A stretch of 64,000 nucleotides of DNA, taken from positions 1,728,001-1,792,000 of the forward strand of contig OY760074.1 in the NCBI GenBank assembly GCA_963663035.1. The letters run 5' to 3'. Below the pieces are notes generated by a model that worked only from the letters and a program-made list of their open reading frames with translations, had not been told where the DNA came from and searched no databases. This stretch comes from Acidobacteriota bacterium (GTDB taxonomy: Bacteria > Acidobacteriota > UBA6911 > RPQK01 > JADFOI01). A program made the position numbers and the translations under genes. Position 1 is the first letter of the stretch, and every line of letters begins with the position of its first letter. Below, piece after piece: positions 46,957 through 56,861 of this stretch.

Positions 46957-49293
46957 GTGAAGGCGAAGAAGATCCACCGGGTCATTTACTCAGAGATCCT
47001 CCCCCCTTCCCTGATAGCTTTAGCCGTACTGACTTTCGTGGTATTCACCCGGGAGTTTGGCCGGCTGGCAGAGCTGCTGATTCGAAAACATGCAGATGCC
47101 ATGACGGTTCTTGAAGTCGTGGTTTCCCTTCTTCCCCAGATTCTCATCTTCACGGTGCCCTTTGCTTTTCTGATCGGGACCCTTATTGGTTTGAGTCGTC
47201 TTTCCTCCGACAGCGAGATAGTAGCGATGAGCTCCACCGGAGTCAGCATCTATCAGATGTTGTGGCCCGTCCTCAAAATCAACCTGGGAGTGGCGGCCAC
47301 CACCCTTCTTTTGACCTTTGTTTTCCTTCCCCAGGGGAACTGGACCCTACGACAGATTCGCCACCAAGTCGGCCTGCGCCCGGTCCAATCCGAGATCAAG
47401 CCGCGGGTCTTCAACGAAGATCTTCCCGAGATTATCCTCTATGTCGAGGACCAGGACTTGCAAAGTTCGGCCTGGAAGGGAGTTTTCCTGTCTGACTCGC
47501 AAGACGGCGGTGAGAGGCGAATCATCCTCTCCAGTTTGGCTTACCCCCTCTTCAGCCCCGACAGTCAGCGTCTGCAGCTCCACTTCGAAGAAGGTTTGGT
47601 TTACGCGCTGGACTCGGAGTCTCCTGAGAAAGACAGCCTGACGCGCTTTCAAACCTTGGATGTTCCTGTGCAGTTTCCAGAGACCCAACAGGTTGATGCG
47701 GGTCCCAAGAGGCCCAACGAAAAGAGTTTCAGCGAACTTTGGGTGGACCTGGGAGATTCTGATAGGGAACACCGAAGGCCCAGCCTGATTGAACTGCAGA
47801 AGCGTCTTGCCTTGCCTCTCTCTGCTTTGATTTTCGCTGTCCTGGGAGTCGCCTTGGGCGTGCACACGCCCCGAGGCATTCGGGGTTACGGTGTCATCGT
47901 CAGCATGCTCATCGGATTGCTCTACTACATGCTGTTCGCCACCGGAACGAAACTGGCCGAGGATGGAACCCTGTCCATTGGATGGGGAGTATGGGGCGCG
48001 GACCTCGTGCTGGGACTCATTGCCCTATTTGCTCTTCGTTACTCCCAAATAACCTCCGAGGTGCTCAGCGCCATCCCCAGCAGTGGACTGCTGGCTCGGT
48101 TAGTGCGATTCTTCGGGGAGCTCCTTGACTCCGCAGGACGCCTCTTTCGTGGGTTCTTTTCCCGGCTGCTCGGTTGGTTCTCTTCTCTTTGGAGAATTCA
48201 CCTTCAGCTCGCCCGGATCCTTGATCTCTACCTCACTCGAACTTTTCTGCTCTACTTCTTGCTGACCCTGGTCGTATGTGTGTCGTTGTTCTTCATGTTT
48301 ACCTTTTTCGAGCTGCTCGACGATGTCTTTGAAAACAGTGTGCCGAACACACTGCTCCTGGATTACTTCTTCCATCTGCTTCCCCATACTCTGATGCTGC
48401 TCGTCCCCATTTCCGTGCTGATCGCAACCCTGGTAACCTTTGGGGTACTGGACAAAACAAACCAGGTACTCGCCCTCAAGGCCTGCGGTGTCAGTGTTTA
48501 CAGAATTGCCCTTCCAGTCCTGACATTCGCCCTGATGGTGAGTGTTTTCATCTTTGTCATACAGGAATACGTTCTTCCCTACGCCAATCAAAGACAGGAT
48601 AACCTGCGAAACATCATCAAAGGCCATCCTGTTCAAACATACTATCAGGAGGGACGCAGCTGGATCTTTGGTGAGGAGAATCGGCTTTACAATTACAGCT
48701 ACTTTGATTCAGAACGAGACAGCTTTGCGGAGCTATCGATCTACCATCTCGACATTGCCGAAAATCGCCTCTTCCAGCATATCTACGCTAGAAGAGCGAC
48801 CTGGAATGCGACCGATCAAAGCTGGCAACTGTATAATGGCTGGGAACGCAGCTTCAGAGGCGATCAACTTGAGTTTTCGACCTTTGATGAGAAGATCTCC
48901 CCTATGAATGAGGAGCCAAGTTATTTTGCACAAGAAGTGAAGGAATCTAGTAAAATGACCTTCCTTGAACTCAGGGACTATATTGCAAGCCTGCAACAGG
49001 GTGGATTCGAAGTGGATCATCTCAAAACGGAGCTCTACAAGAAACTCTCCTTTCCCGTGGTGAGTTTTATCATGTCCATTCTGGGCATTCCCTTTGCCTT
49101 CTCTATCGGTCGGAAAGGGACTCTTTACGGGGTCGCAGTGGGAGTTCTGCTGGGCATTGTCTACTGGGGAGCATTTGGCGTGTTTGGTGTTTTGGGTTCT
49201 AATGGTTTACTATCCCCAATCCTGGCCGCCTGGGGGCCTAATCTACTTTTTGGGTCGGGTGGAGCGGTGCTCCTCTTCGGAGTGAGAACTTGA
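46957..49293 (+). CDS. lptF: Fused LptF-LptG LPS export ABC transporter permease
   Basis: 778 aa with two YjgP/YjgQ-type halves (RLSSDSEIVAM..GVS and LDKTNQVLALKACGVS). Confidence 0.9.
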   Translation: MKAKKIHRVIYSEILPPSLIALAVLTFVVFTREFGRLAELLIRKHADAMTVLEVVVSLLPQILIFTVPFAFLIGTLIGLSRLSSDSEIVAMSSTGVSIYQMLWPVLKINLGVAATTLLLTFVFLPQGNWTLRQIRHQVGLRPVQSEIKPRVFNEDLPEIILYVEDQDLQSSAWKGVFLSDSQDGGERRIILSSLAYPLFSPDSQRLQLHFEEGLVYALDSESPEKDSLTRFQTLDVPVQFPETQQVDAGPKRPNEKSFSELWVDLGDSDREHRRPSLIELQKRLALPLSALIFAVLGVALGVHTPRGIRGYGVIVSMLIGLLYYMLFATGTKLAEDGTLSIGWGVWGADLVLGLIALFALRYSQITSEVLSAIPSSGLLARLVRFFGELLDSAGRLFRGFFSRLLGWFSSLWRIHLQLARILDLYLTRTFLLYFLLTLVVCVSLFFMFTFFELLDDVFENSVPNTLLLDYFFHLLPHTLMLLVPISVLIATLVTFGVLDKTNQVLALKACGVSVYRIALPVLTFALMVSVFIFVIQEYVLPYANQRQDNLRNIIKGHPVQTYYQEGRSWIFGEENRLYNYSYFDSERDSFAELSIYHLDIAENRLFQHIYARRATWNATDQSWQLYNGWERSFRGDQLEFSTFDEKISPMNEEPSYFAQEVKESSKMTFLELRDYIASLQQGGFEVDHLKTELYKKLSFPVVSFIMSILGIPFAFSIGRKGTLYGVAVGVLLGIVYWGAFGVFGVLGSNGLLSPILAAWGPNLLFGSGGAVLLFGVRT

Positions 49294-49314
49294 CGATGGA
49301 AGGAAACGTTCAGA

Positions 49315-50244
49315 ATGAAATCTAGTTGGACGGCAGTGAGTAAATGGTTCGACAGCTCTGTGAATGATGGACCCGTCCCAGAGAGCGAGTTCAAAGACAT
49401 TGACTGGGTCCGAGGGCTCCCCTTCCTGGGGCTTCATCTCATGTGTTTTGGCGTGATCTGGGTGGGGTGGAGCTGGATCGCAGTGCTGGCGGCCGTTTCA
49501 CTTTACTTCATCCGAATGTTCGCGGTAACCGGTTTCTATCATCGCTACTTTTCTCACCGCTCCTTTAAAACCTCGCGTTGGGGACAGTTTCTTTTTGCAG
49601 TCTGGGGCAACAGTGCCGTTCAGAAGGGACCCCTGTGGTGGGCTGCCCACCACCGCCACCATCATCGCCATTCCGACGAAGAAACAGATGTTCATTCTCC
49701 TCACCAGGACGGCTTTTACTGGAGTCACATTGGGTGGATTACCTGCAAGGGGAACTTCCCAACCAAACTGAAGAATGTTCCCGACCTGGCAAAATATCCC
49801 GAACTGCGCTTTCTGGACCGCTTTGAGACAGTGGTTCCGTTCTTCCTGGCTTCATTCCTGTTCGCCACCGGTGCCGTTCTCAACTCGGTTGCTCCACAGC
49901 TGGGAACTTCCGGAATGCAAATGCTGATTTGGGGATTCTTTATCTCCACAATCGCTCTTTTTCACGGGACCTGTACGATTAACTCTCTCTCTCACCTGAT
50001 GGGAAAAAAGCGCTACAAAACCTCCGACGAGAGCCGGAACAATCTGCTACTGGCCCTGATCACACTAGGAGAAGGCTGGCACAACAACCATCATCATTTC
50101 TCAGCTTCAGTCCGGCAGGGTTTCTACTGGTGGGAGATTGATATCACCTATTATGGTCTCTATCTGATGTCCTGGACCGGCTTGATTTGGGATCTCACCC
50201 CGGTGCCCCAGAGCGTCCGGGGGGCAAGACGAGTGGGTTCGTGA
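49315..50244 (+). CDS. Acyl-CoA (delta-9-type) desaturase
   Basis: His boxes YHRYFSH, HRHHH, GEGWHNNHH; WWEIDITY. Confidence 0.93.
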   Translation: MKSSWTAVSKWFDSSVNDGPVPESEFKDIDWVRGLPFLGLHLMCFGVIWVGWSWIAVLAAVSLYFIRMFAVTGFYHRYFSHRSFKTSRWGQFLFAVWGNSAVQKGPLWWAAHHRHHHRHSDEETDVHSPHQDGFYWSHIGWITCKGNFPTKLKNVPDLAKYPELRFLDRFETVVPFFLASFLFATGAVLNSVAPQLGTSGMQMLIWGFFISTIALFHGTCTINSLSHLMGKKRYKTSDESRNNLLLALITLGEGWHNNHHHFSASVRQGFYWWEIDITYYGLYLMSWTGLIWDLTPVPQSVRGARRVGS

Positions 50245-50416
50245 CTTCGGGCTCTCCACAACCATTTTCTACCCTCTTGCTCGGCCCAAACCGCTCAAAA
50301 AATACTCTGTTGACCTACTTTCCCCTCCCAGATAGACTAGCTTCCAGAAAGCAACTTCTTATCTACTGTGAGGGTTCGCTGACAATCGCAATTCCAGTAT
50401 CAGGCAGGAGGTTTCT

Positions 50417-51718
50417 ATGCGCCGTGTGAATGCGGAATCACGCCAGGTGAGGTTCCTTGCGAGTCTATTTTCGATTCCTCTCTTCTTGGTGACGGGTTGT
50501 TCAACGCCGGAGACGGTCGAGGCACCGCAGGCGACAGCCGTGACGGTGTTCGAGGGGGCGCTGCTCATTGTCGGGGACGGCAGCGAGCCCATCGAGGATT
50601 CCGCATTCATCGTTGAGAACGATCGGTTCACCGCGGTCGGCCGAAGAGAGCAGCTCGACGTTCCGGCGGGCGCAACGCGTGTGGATCTGACCGGCAAGAC
50701 TGTCATGCCGGCGATCATCGACACCCACAAGCATCTGGCGGGGACTCGAGAGGTAATGGTTGATCAGTTACAGCATCTGGCCTACTACGGGGTCGGCGTG
50801 GTGATGAGCCTCGGCCATGATGTCGGCGATCTAGCGTTCCAGGTGCGGGAAGAAACGATTCCCAACGCCGCACGATCGCGCACCGCAGGACGTGGGATTA
50901 CGGCGCCGGAGCCGGGGCGCTCTGAGGAGTCGTACTGGATCACAAGCGAAGACGAGGCCCGGACGGCCGTCCAGGAGCTGGCCGAGAGGAGGGTCGACCT
51001 GGTCAAGATCTGGGTCGACGACCGAAATGGCCAGTACGAGAAGTTGAGCCCAGCCCTGTATGGCGCAATCATCGACGAGGCCCACATGCACAACCTCCGC
51101 GTCACGGCCCATATCTTTGCGCTCGAGGATGCCAAGGGGCTCCTCCGGGCGGGCGTCGACGCCTTCGCTCATGGAATCAGGGACAGGGACATCGACGAGG
51201 AGATCGTCGAGCTGTTCCAGGAGCGCCCGAACGTATTCCTCGTGCCGAACCTTCCCGATCAAGGAGTGGTGATGGACATGAGCTGGCTCGGCGAGACCGT
51301 CCCCGCCGAAGAGTTGCAGCAACTTCAGGAGGCGAGCACGGACCGGCCGGTCGTCCAGGAGGCGTTCGGAATCCAGGCCCGCAATCTGGCAAGGCTCCAT
51401 GCGGCAGGCGTTCGGATCGCCTTTGGCACGGACGGAAGCACCGCTTGGGGGCCGTCCATCGAGTTGGTGGACATGGTGGCGGCGGGGATGACGCCGGCTC
51501 AGGTCATCACGGCTGCCACCCACAACTCGGCCGAGCTGCTGCAACTCGCTGACGTCGGCATGGTGGAGGCGGGCAAGAGCGCGGACTTCATCGTACTGGA
51601 CGCCAATCCGCTCGACGACATCACGAATACGCGACGAATCGCCGCAGTCTATCTCCGTGGAACGGAAGTCGATCGCGCCGCCTTGAGTGCTCGGTGGACC
51701 GGCGAGACATCGCAGTAA
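50417..51718 (+). CDS. Amidohydrolase family lipoprotein
   Basis: Lipobox-like VTGC. Motifs DLTGKTVMPAIIDTHKH, VKIW, FGTD, GKSADFIVLDANPL. Confidence 0.88.
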   Translation: MRRVNAESRQVRFLASLFSIPLFLVTGCSTPETVEAPQATAVTVFEGALLIVGDGSEPIEDSAFIVENDRFTAVGRREQLDVPAGATRVDLTGKTVMPAIIDTHKHLAGTREVMVDQLQHLAYYGVGVVMSLGHDVGDLAFQVREETIPNAARSRTAGRGITAPEPGRSEESYWITSEDEARTAVQELAERRVDLVKIWVDDRNGQYEKLSPALYGAIIDEAHMHNLRVTAHIFALEDAKGLLRAGVDAFAHGIRDRDIDEEIVELFQERPNVFLVPNLPDQGVVMDMSWLGETVPAEELQQLQEASTDRPVVQEAFGIQARNLARLHAAGVRIAFGTDGSTAWGPSIELVDMVAAGMTPAQVITAATHNSAELLQLADVGMVEAGKSADFIVLDANPLDDITNTRRIAAVYLRGTEVDRAALSARWTGETSQ

Positions 51719-51761
51719 TTCGGGCGAGGTTGACTTTTCTTTCGTTGAGGCCGCGCTTGAA

Positions 51762-52024
51762 GTCCTCTACGGGTTTGAAGAACTCAAAGGCCTGATGCCT
51801 ACGGGGAACTGACCGCAAGATTAGGCTCCATATAGTGGCTAGAACAGCCCCATCTATCTTTCGGTTGAGTATATAAGCCAGTTGATTTTGCCTTCTAATC
51901 CATTAAGCCTTATCATCTAGAGTAACTTCCTTCTGTGCAAGTGGAGGAAGGGGACTTCATGGTCGGCCAGACCATTTCGCAGTACAAAGTCCTAGAGAAA
52001 ATCAGCCAAGGCGGCATGGGAGAG
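51762..52024 (+). pseudogene. Ser/Thr kinase gene relics (C-terminal tip 51762-51812, N-terminal tip 51959-52024)
   Basis: VLYGFEELKGLMPTGN* and MVGQTISQYKVLEKISQGGMGE. Confidence 0.65.
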
Positions 52025-52105
52025 CCTGTTTTTTGTCTCCGCAACTCTTTTCCTGCGCCGCTGGGAGATGTATCGGCAGGACCCCGTAGCTTTTTTCGAT
52101 AAACG

Positions 52106-52597
52106 ATGGGTATGCCTTTCCTGAATAAGCACCAACAGACCACCACCCTCAGGGCCATTCGTTGGTTTCTCATGGCCATCCTTCTCATGGGGTTGCTGGG
52201 CACCGGCACCGAGTTGCTCTTGTTGGAGCACACTGAGGGCCTTTGGCAATGGGTGCCACTCTTCCTGATCGCTATCGGCGTGTTCGTGTTATGCTCGGGC
52301 GTCCTCAAGCCGGGACGCCGCAACATCAGAATACTTCAGGGAACCATGATCCTCTACGTGTTGAGTGGACTGGTCGGGTTCATCCTGCACTATCAGGGGA
52401 ATGCGGAGTTCGAATTGGAGATGTACCCTTCTCTGAAGGGGAGGGAGCTTTTTTGGGAGGCAATCCGGGGAGCAACGCCGACCCTTGCTCCGGGAACGAT
52501 GATTCAACTCGGATTACTGGGATTGGTCTACACTCACAGGCACCCACATTTGGGCTCCTCGAAGGGAGGACCATCGAACAACAAAGGAAAAACATGA
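52106..52597 (+). CDS. Four-TM hypothetical membrane protein
   Basis: Hydrophobic segments, ELLLLEH, ILHY, PTLAPG; ATGA overlap with the next gene. Confidence 0.8.
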   Translation: MGMPFLNKHQQTTTLRAIRWFLMAILLMGLLGTGTELLLLEHTEGLWQWVPLFLIAIGVFVLCSGVLKPGRRNIRILQGTMILYVLSGLVGFILHYQGNAEFELEMYPSLKGRELFWEAIRGATPTLAPGTMIQLGLLGLVYTHRHPHLGSSKGGPSNNKGKT

Positions 52598-53292
52598 TGA
52601 ATTCAAAGAACATACTGATCAGCGGGATTATGATGTGGGTCCCTCTTATTGTCGGTCTGGCCGGCTGTGCTGGGTCTGGTACCGAAGAGGAAAGGGAGGA
52701 GCCTCAGAATCGGAGCCAGGTTGAAGAGCAGGGGGGAGGCGGCTCAGGCATGGTCAACCCTAACCGGGCGGGCCAGGCAGAGTTCCTGGCCTTACCCCAC
52801 TTGGATTCGGCGCTGGTGGAAGGGATCCTGGAACGACGCCCTTTTTTGAGCATGAAGGAGCTGAATGCGTTTCTCAGCGAGTCACTGGGTGAGGAGCAAC
52901 TGGCCGAGCTTTATGTTCAGTTGTTTGTTCCCATGAACCTGAATAGGGCTGCCGAGGAGGACTTCCTGCTTGTTCCGGGCGTGGGACCGCGTCTGGCCCA
53001 TGAGTTCGAAGAATACCGTCCCTACCAAGCCATGGAACAATTCAGACGGGAGATCGGCAAGTACGTAGATGAAGAGGAAGTGGCGCGGCTGGAGCAGTAC
53101 GTCTTTGTCCCCATCAACCTCAACACGGCCAGCGACGAGGAGATCCTCACTATTCCGGGCGTGGGTTCGAGACTGCTCCATGAGTTCAAGGAGTACCGAC
53201 CCTACGACAGTATCGAGCAGTTTCGGCGGGAGATCGGCAAGTACGTGAGTGAGGAAGAGGTCTCAAGGCTGGAAAGATACGTCACCCTCTAG
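52594..53292 (+). CDS. Lipoprotein with three helix-hairpin-helix (ComEA-like) modules
   Basis: Lipobox LAGC; NLN.A..E....PGVG repeats; the last two modules form an internal repeat of about 62 aa. Confidence 0.85.
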   Translation: MMNSKNILISGIMMWVPLIVGLAGCAGSGTEEEREEPQNRSQVEEQGGGGSGMVNPNRAGQAEFLALPHLDSALVEGILERRPFLSMKELNAFLSESLGEEQLAELYVQLFVPMNLNRAAEEDFLLVPGVGPRLAHEFEEYRPYQAMEQFRREIGKYVDEEEVARLEQYVFVPINLNTASDEEILTIPGVGSRLLHEFKEYRPYDSIEQFRREIGKYVSEEEVSRLERYVTL

Positions 53293-53340
53293 ACGAGAAC
53301 ATCTAAATAGGAAGGAAGGCCCTTGCCTAAGGCTACCCAG

Positions 53341-53593
53341 ATGTTTTCTGGGCGAATGTGGCCAGAGTTCGACCTCTTCCGCGACGACCCTCGCTTTCAA
53401 AAGGTACTACGGCAGATGATTTTGGACCCCGATTGACGCCATTTTATGGCAGGTCAGTGCATCCAATCTATCTTTCGGATTAGTATATAAAGCCGTGGCT
53501 TCTGCCTTCTAACCCATTAAGCCTTAACATTCAGGGAAGACTTCACGGCCTGGGGAGAGTCTCGTGGTGGACCAGACTATTTTGCACTACAAC
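53341..53593 (+). pseudogene. Second set of kinase/TPR gene relics
   Basis: FDLFRDDPRFQKVLRQM (53341-53436) and VVDQTILHY (53564-53593). The spacer resembles 51849-51915. Confidence 0.6.
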
Positions 53594-53609
53594 CAAAAGG
53601 AGAGCCGAT

Positions 53610-53816
53610 ATGAATAGAATGCGATTTGTTTTTGCCGCAATAATGCTGGCTATACTAGCCTCGCATGCGGTGTTTGCCCAAAACGCGGATCCCGCATGAG
53701 CTTCTTTCTCACAAGCGCAGGCCCCGGCAAAGGAGCCGATCTAGGAGGCTTTGCCGGAGCCGACCGGCACTGCCAGATGTTGGCCGCTGCCGTGGGGCAA
53801 GGCAACCGCACCTGAG
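53610..53816 (+). pseudogene. Frameshifted, truncated secreted lectin-like (endostatin/DUF1554-like) gene
   Basis: Signal peptide MNRMRFVFAAIML..., then in another frame MSFFLTSAGPGKGADLGGFAGADRHCQMLA...NRT*, ending at a REP element. Confidence 0.65.
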
Positions 53817-53873
53817 GTGCCTCCCACGCACGAACTACGACCGCACAGATTCGGCACCTGAGGTGCCTCCCAC
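53808..53873 (-). repeat. Two REP-like elements
   Basis: GCACCTGAGGTGCCTCCCAC x2 (read on +). Confidence 0.7.
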
Positions 53874-53874
53874 G

Positions 53875-55591
53875 TCACGAATTCACGGCTTCTCGGAAGG
53901 AATCGAGGGCTTCTTCCACACTGTCTCTGAAATCTCGGTGAATCTGATCATATTGTCCTTGAACGCGAGCAAAGAGATCTTGTACAGCAGAACCCGCTTC
54001 CTCGATTCCCTGGCTCTGCGCTTTTGCAAATCGAGCAAGGGTTTCCTTAAAGGCCTCCAGTTCCGCCTTCAGGTATTTTGCGACATTGTGAACGGCGATC
54101 TGCTGGTGGGTGATCTTCTCGAAATGATAGCCCATGATGGCGAGACGCACAGCCTCTGGGAACTTCTTGGGGTGATCCTGGAAAACCTTCACCAGGAACC
54201 GGAAATAGGCCGGACCCGGTCTGGAAAATAGTTGTCGTTTCATTGATTTCGCTATCGCCATGACTTCAGTTTTTCCAACTTTCCTGACACGATGCTCCTT
54301 ATGCTTCAGGCGTTTTAGCATAGTCAGACAACGCTCAAAGTAATTCTCGAGGGTGGGGATCATAAATGGTCGTCAGGACCCGCTTATATCCCTCTATCAG
54401 AGTCTCCCGGTCCATCTCAGTCTCATAGTTCAAGGATATACTGACATTGTTACCGTTTGACTCCTCAAGCAATCGGCCTTCCTTTTGCAAACGGTGGTAC
54501 AAACCGGTACCCTTCACGGCGGTTAACAGTCCGACCATGGCAATGGGTATGCCAGCTTCCTGGATGAATTGAATCTGAGCATCGAAGGCATCTTCGCTGT
54601 CACCATCCAACCCCAGGATAAAGCCTCCCATAACTCCCATGCCTTTTTCCTGAATCTTCCGTACCGCATTGATGAGATAACGCTCTTCTCCCTTCCTGGT
54701 GTTCTGCTTCTTTTTTGTTTTCAGCAAGGCCTCTGGATTGGGTGTTTCAATGCCCAGGAAGACGGTGCCAAAGCCGGCATCGATCATGGCATCCATTAAG
54801 GGCTCCAACCTGGCCAGGTTCACGCTTGCCTCTGTGAAGATGAAGAAAGGATATTCTCTCTCCTTTTGCCATCGGGCAACGTCTGACAGCAGAGCCAAGG
54901 CAGCGCGCTAATTTCCGATGAAGTTATCATCAACCAGGAAAAGATTGCCGCGCCAACCCAGCCGATAGAGAAGATCAAACTCCGCCAGGATCTGCTCATT
55001 TGTCTTGGTGCGAGCCACCCTGCCAAACAGTTTGGTGATGTCACCAAACTCACAATCGAAGGGACAGCCTCGAGAAAACTGAAGTGCCATCGATCCATAC
55101 TCATTCAAATCGATGAGATCATAGCGGGGCAGGGGCGATTTGCTCACAGCGGGCCTTTCTGGCGCTCTGTAAATCCTTTTGGCCGTGCCCTTTTCCAGAT
55201 CGTGCAAAAAGTCCGGTAGTGTCTCTTCAACTTCGTCCAAAACGAAGTGATCCACACCCTCAATCTCCTCGTGAAATGAGGTGGGATGCGGTCCACCGGC
55301 AATAATCGGAACTCCGGCCCGCTTGCCTCGCTCAATCACCTCGCGCAGAGAATCCCGTTGAACGATCATGGTGGACGTCAGGATCATGTCGGCCCAGTCC
55401 AGATCCTGGTCCATCAGTGGTCTGACATTCATGTCCACAACCTTGAGTTGATACTCACCCGGGAACATCGCGGCCACGGTCAACAGGCCCAGTGGCGGCA
55501 TGCTTGATTTTTTGCCGACAAAGTCCAACGCGAAGTTGTATCCCCAGTAGGAGACAGGAAACTCTGGATAAACCAAAACGGCGTTAGGCAA
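53875..55591 (-). pseudogene. B12-binding radical SAM protein (DUF4070-type), disrupted
   Basis: PPLGLLTVA, GGPHPT, RGCPFDCEFG (third Cys replaced by Gly), in-frame TAG at 54908-54910, frameshift near 54355. Confidence 0.88.
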
Positions 55592-55751
55592 GATCTATCT
55601 CTCCGTGCACCAGCAATCCGACATCTAACCTACAAAAAGGCCACCGCACTGGCTTCAAGACGTCAACGAGCGGAACTGAGCACAACTGTAGAAATGTGGG
55701 GGCTGTCCCCGCATTTCCTAGACCAGAAGCGCCTATGTTAGGATCCACTCA

Positions 55752-56861
55752 GTGCTAGACACCGCGCTGAGGGATGTCAGGATTGCCAGCCGCCTTTTTC
55801 ACAAGAGAGGACTCCCGGTCAGCCTCATTTTTTTCGTCACCTCCCGCTGCAACCTTCTGTGCACTCACTGCTTCTATTGGAAGGAACTCAACCAGAAGAA
55901 GGACGAACTGACACTGGATGAAATTGAGAAGATTAGCCGCTCCCTACCCAACCTTCTGACCGTTTCCCTGACCGGAGGCGAACCCTACCTGAGAGCGGAT
56001 CTTCCCGACATCGCTCGAGCGTTCGAGCAAAACTCCCATGTCCGCAACATCCAGATTCCCTCCAACGGCTTTCTGGTGGACCGGATCATCCCTCGGGTCG
56101 AAGAGCTCATGCAAAAGGTGCGTACAGCACGTGTTTCGACGGGCGTTTCCCTGGACGGTCCGGAGGATGTTCACAATCGCATCCGCCAGGATCCCAGGAG
56201 TTTCAAGCGAGCCTTGCAAACACTGACGGAACTGAAGAAACTCAAACCTTCTTTCCCCAATCTGAGTGTGGGCGTTGCGCTGACCGTTTCCTCAGCCAAT
56301 CAGCACCGCCTGAATGAGTTTTACCGATTCATTGAAACGGACCTTCAACCTGACGCCGTGACGATTACACTGGTGCGCGGCAATCCCATAGATCCCTCTC
56401 TCAAGGAGGTGGACCCGGCTCTTTACCGCGAATTTGCCGGGCGCGTGATCGAGTACCGCAAGGCTCATGGTCTGAGTGATGGATGGATGGACCGGCTGGT
56501 CACGGCCAAAGAAGAGGCGACCTATCGTCTCATCGGTGAAGCTGCCAGCGCAACCAGCCGTATCTCCCCCTGCTATGGAGGAGAGCTGTTCGGAATTTTG
56601 GGCGAGACCGGAGAGGTTTACGTCTGCGAGCCACTGAACAAGAGCATGGGAAATGTTCGTGACTTTAACGGTGACTTAGCCAGACTGTGGCGGGGCCAGC
56701 TGGCCGAAGAGAGTCGACACTTTCAAAAAGAGCTGGGATGTCAATGCACCTACGAGTGTGCCATGAGCGTCAACACCCTCTTTCATCCCCGACGAGCCCT
56801 GGGCATCCTACGCGCTTCGCTTGGTAAAAACAGGATCACAGCTTGCGCCCCCGGGGATTAA
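55752..56861 (+). CDS. Radical SAM protein with a SPASM/twitch-like C-terminus
   Basis: CNLLCTHC, TGGEP, VSLDG, PCYGG...GEVYVCE...CQCTYEC. Confidence 0.88.
   Translation: MLDTALRDVRIASRLFHKRGLPVSLIFFVTSRCNLLCTHCFYWKELNQKKDELTLDEIEKISRSLPNLLTVSLTGGEPYLRADLPDIARAFEQNSHVRNIQIPSNGFLVDRIIPRVEELMQKVRTARVSTGVSLDGPEDVHNRIRQDPRSFKRALQTLTELKKLKPSFPNLSVGVALTVSSANQHRLNEFYRFIETDLQPDAVTITLVRGNPIDPSLKEVDPALYREFAGRVIEYRKAHGLSDGWMDRLVTAKEEATYRLIGEAASATSRISPCYGGELFGILGETGEVYVCEPLNKSMGNVRDFNGDLARLWRGQLAEESRHFQKELGCQCTYECAMSVNTLFHPRRALGILRASLGKNRITACAPGD

Noticed and set aside
52243-52593. 117-aa N-terminal extension of the HhH protein in the ORF track
   Set aside because: It overlaps the upstream membrane gene in another frame; the lipoprotein signal starts at ATG 52594.
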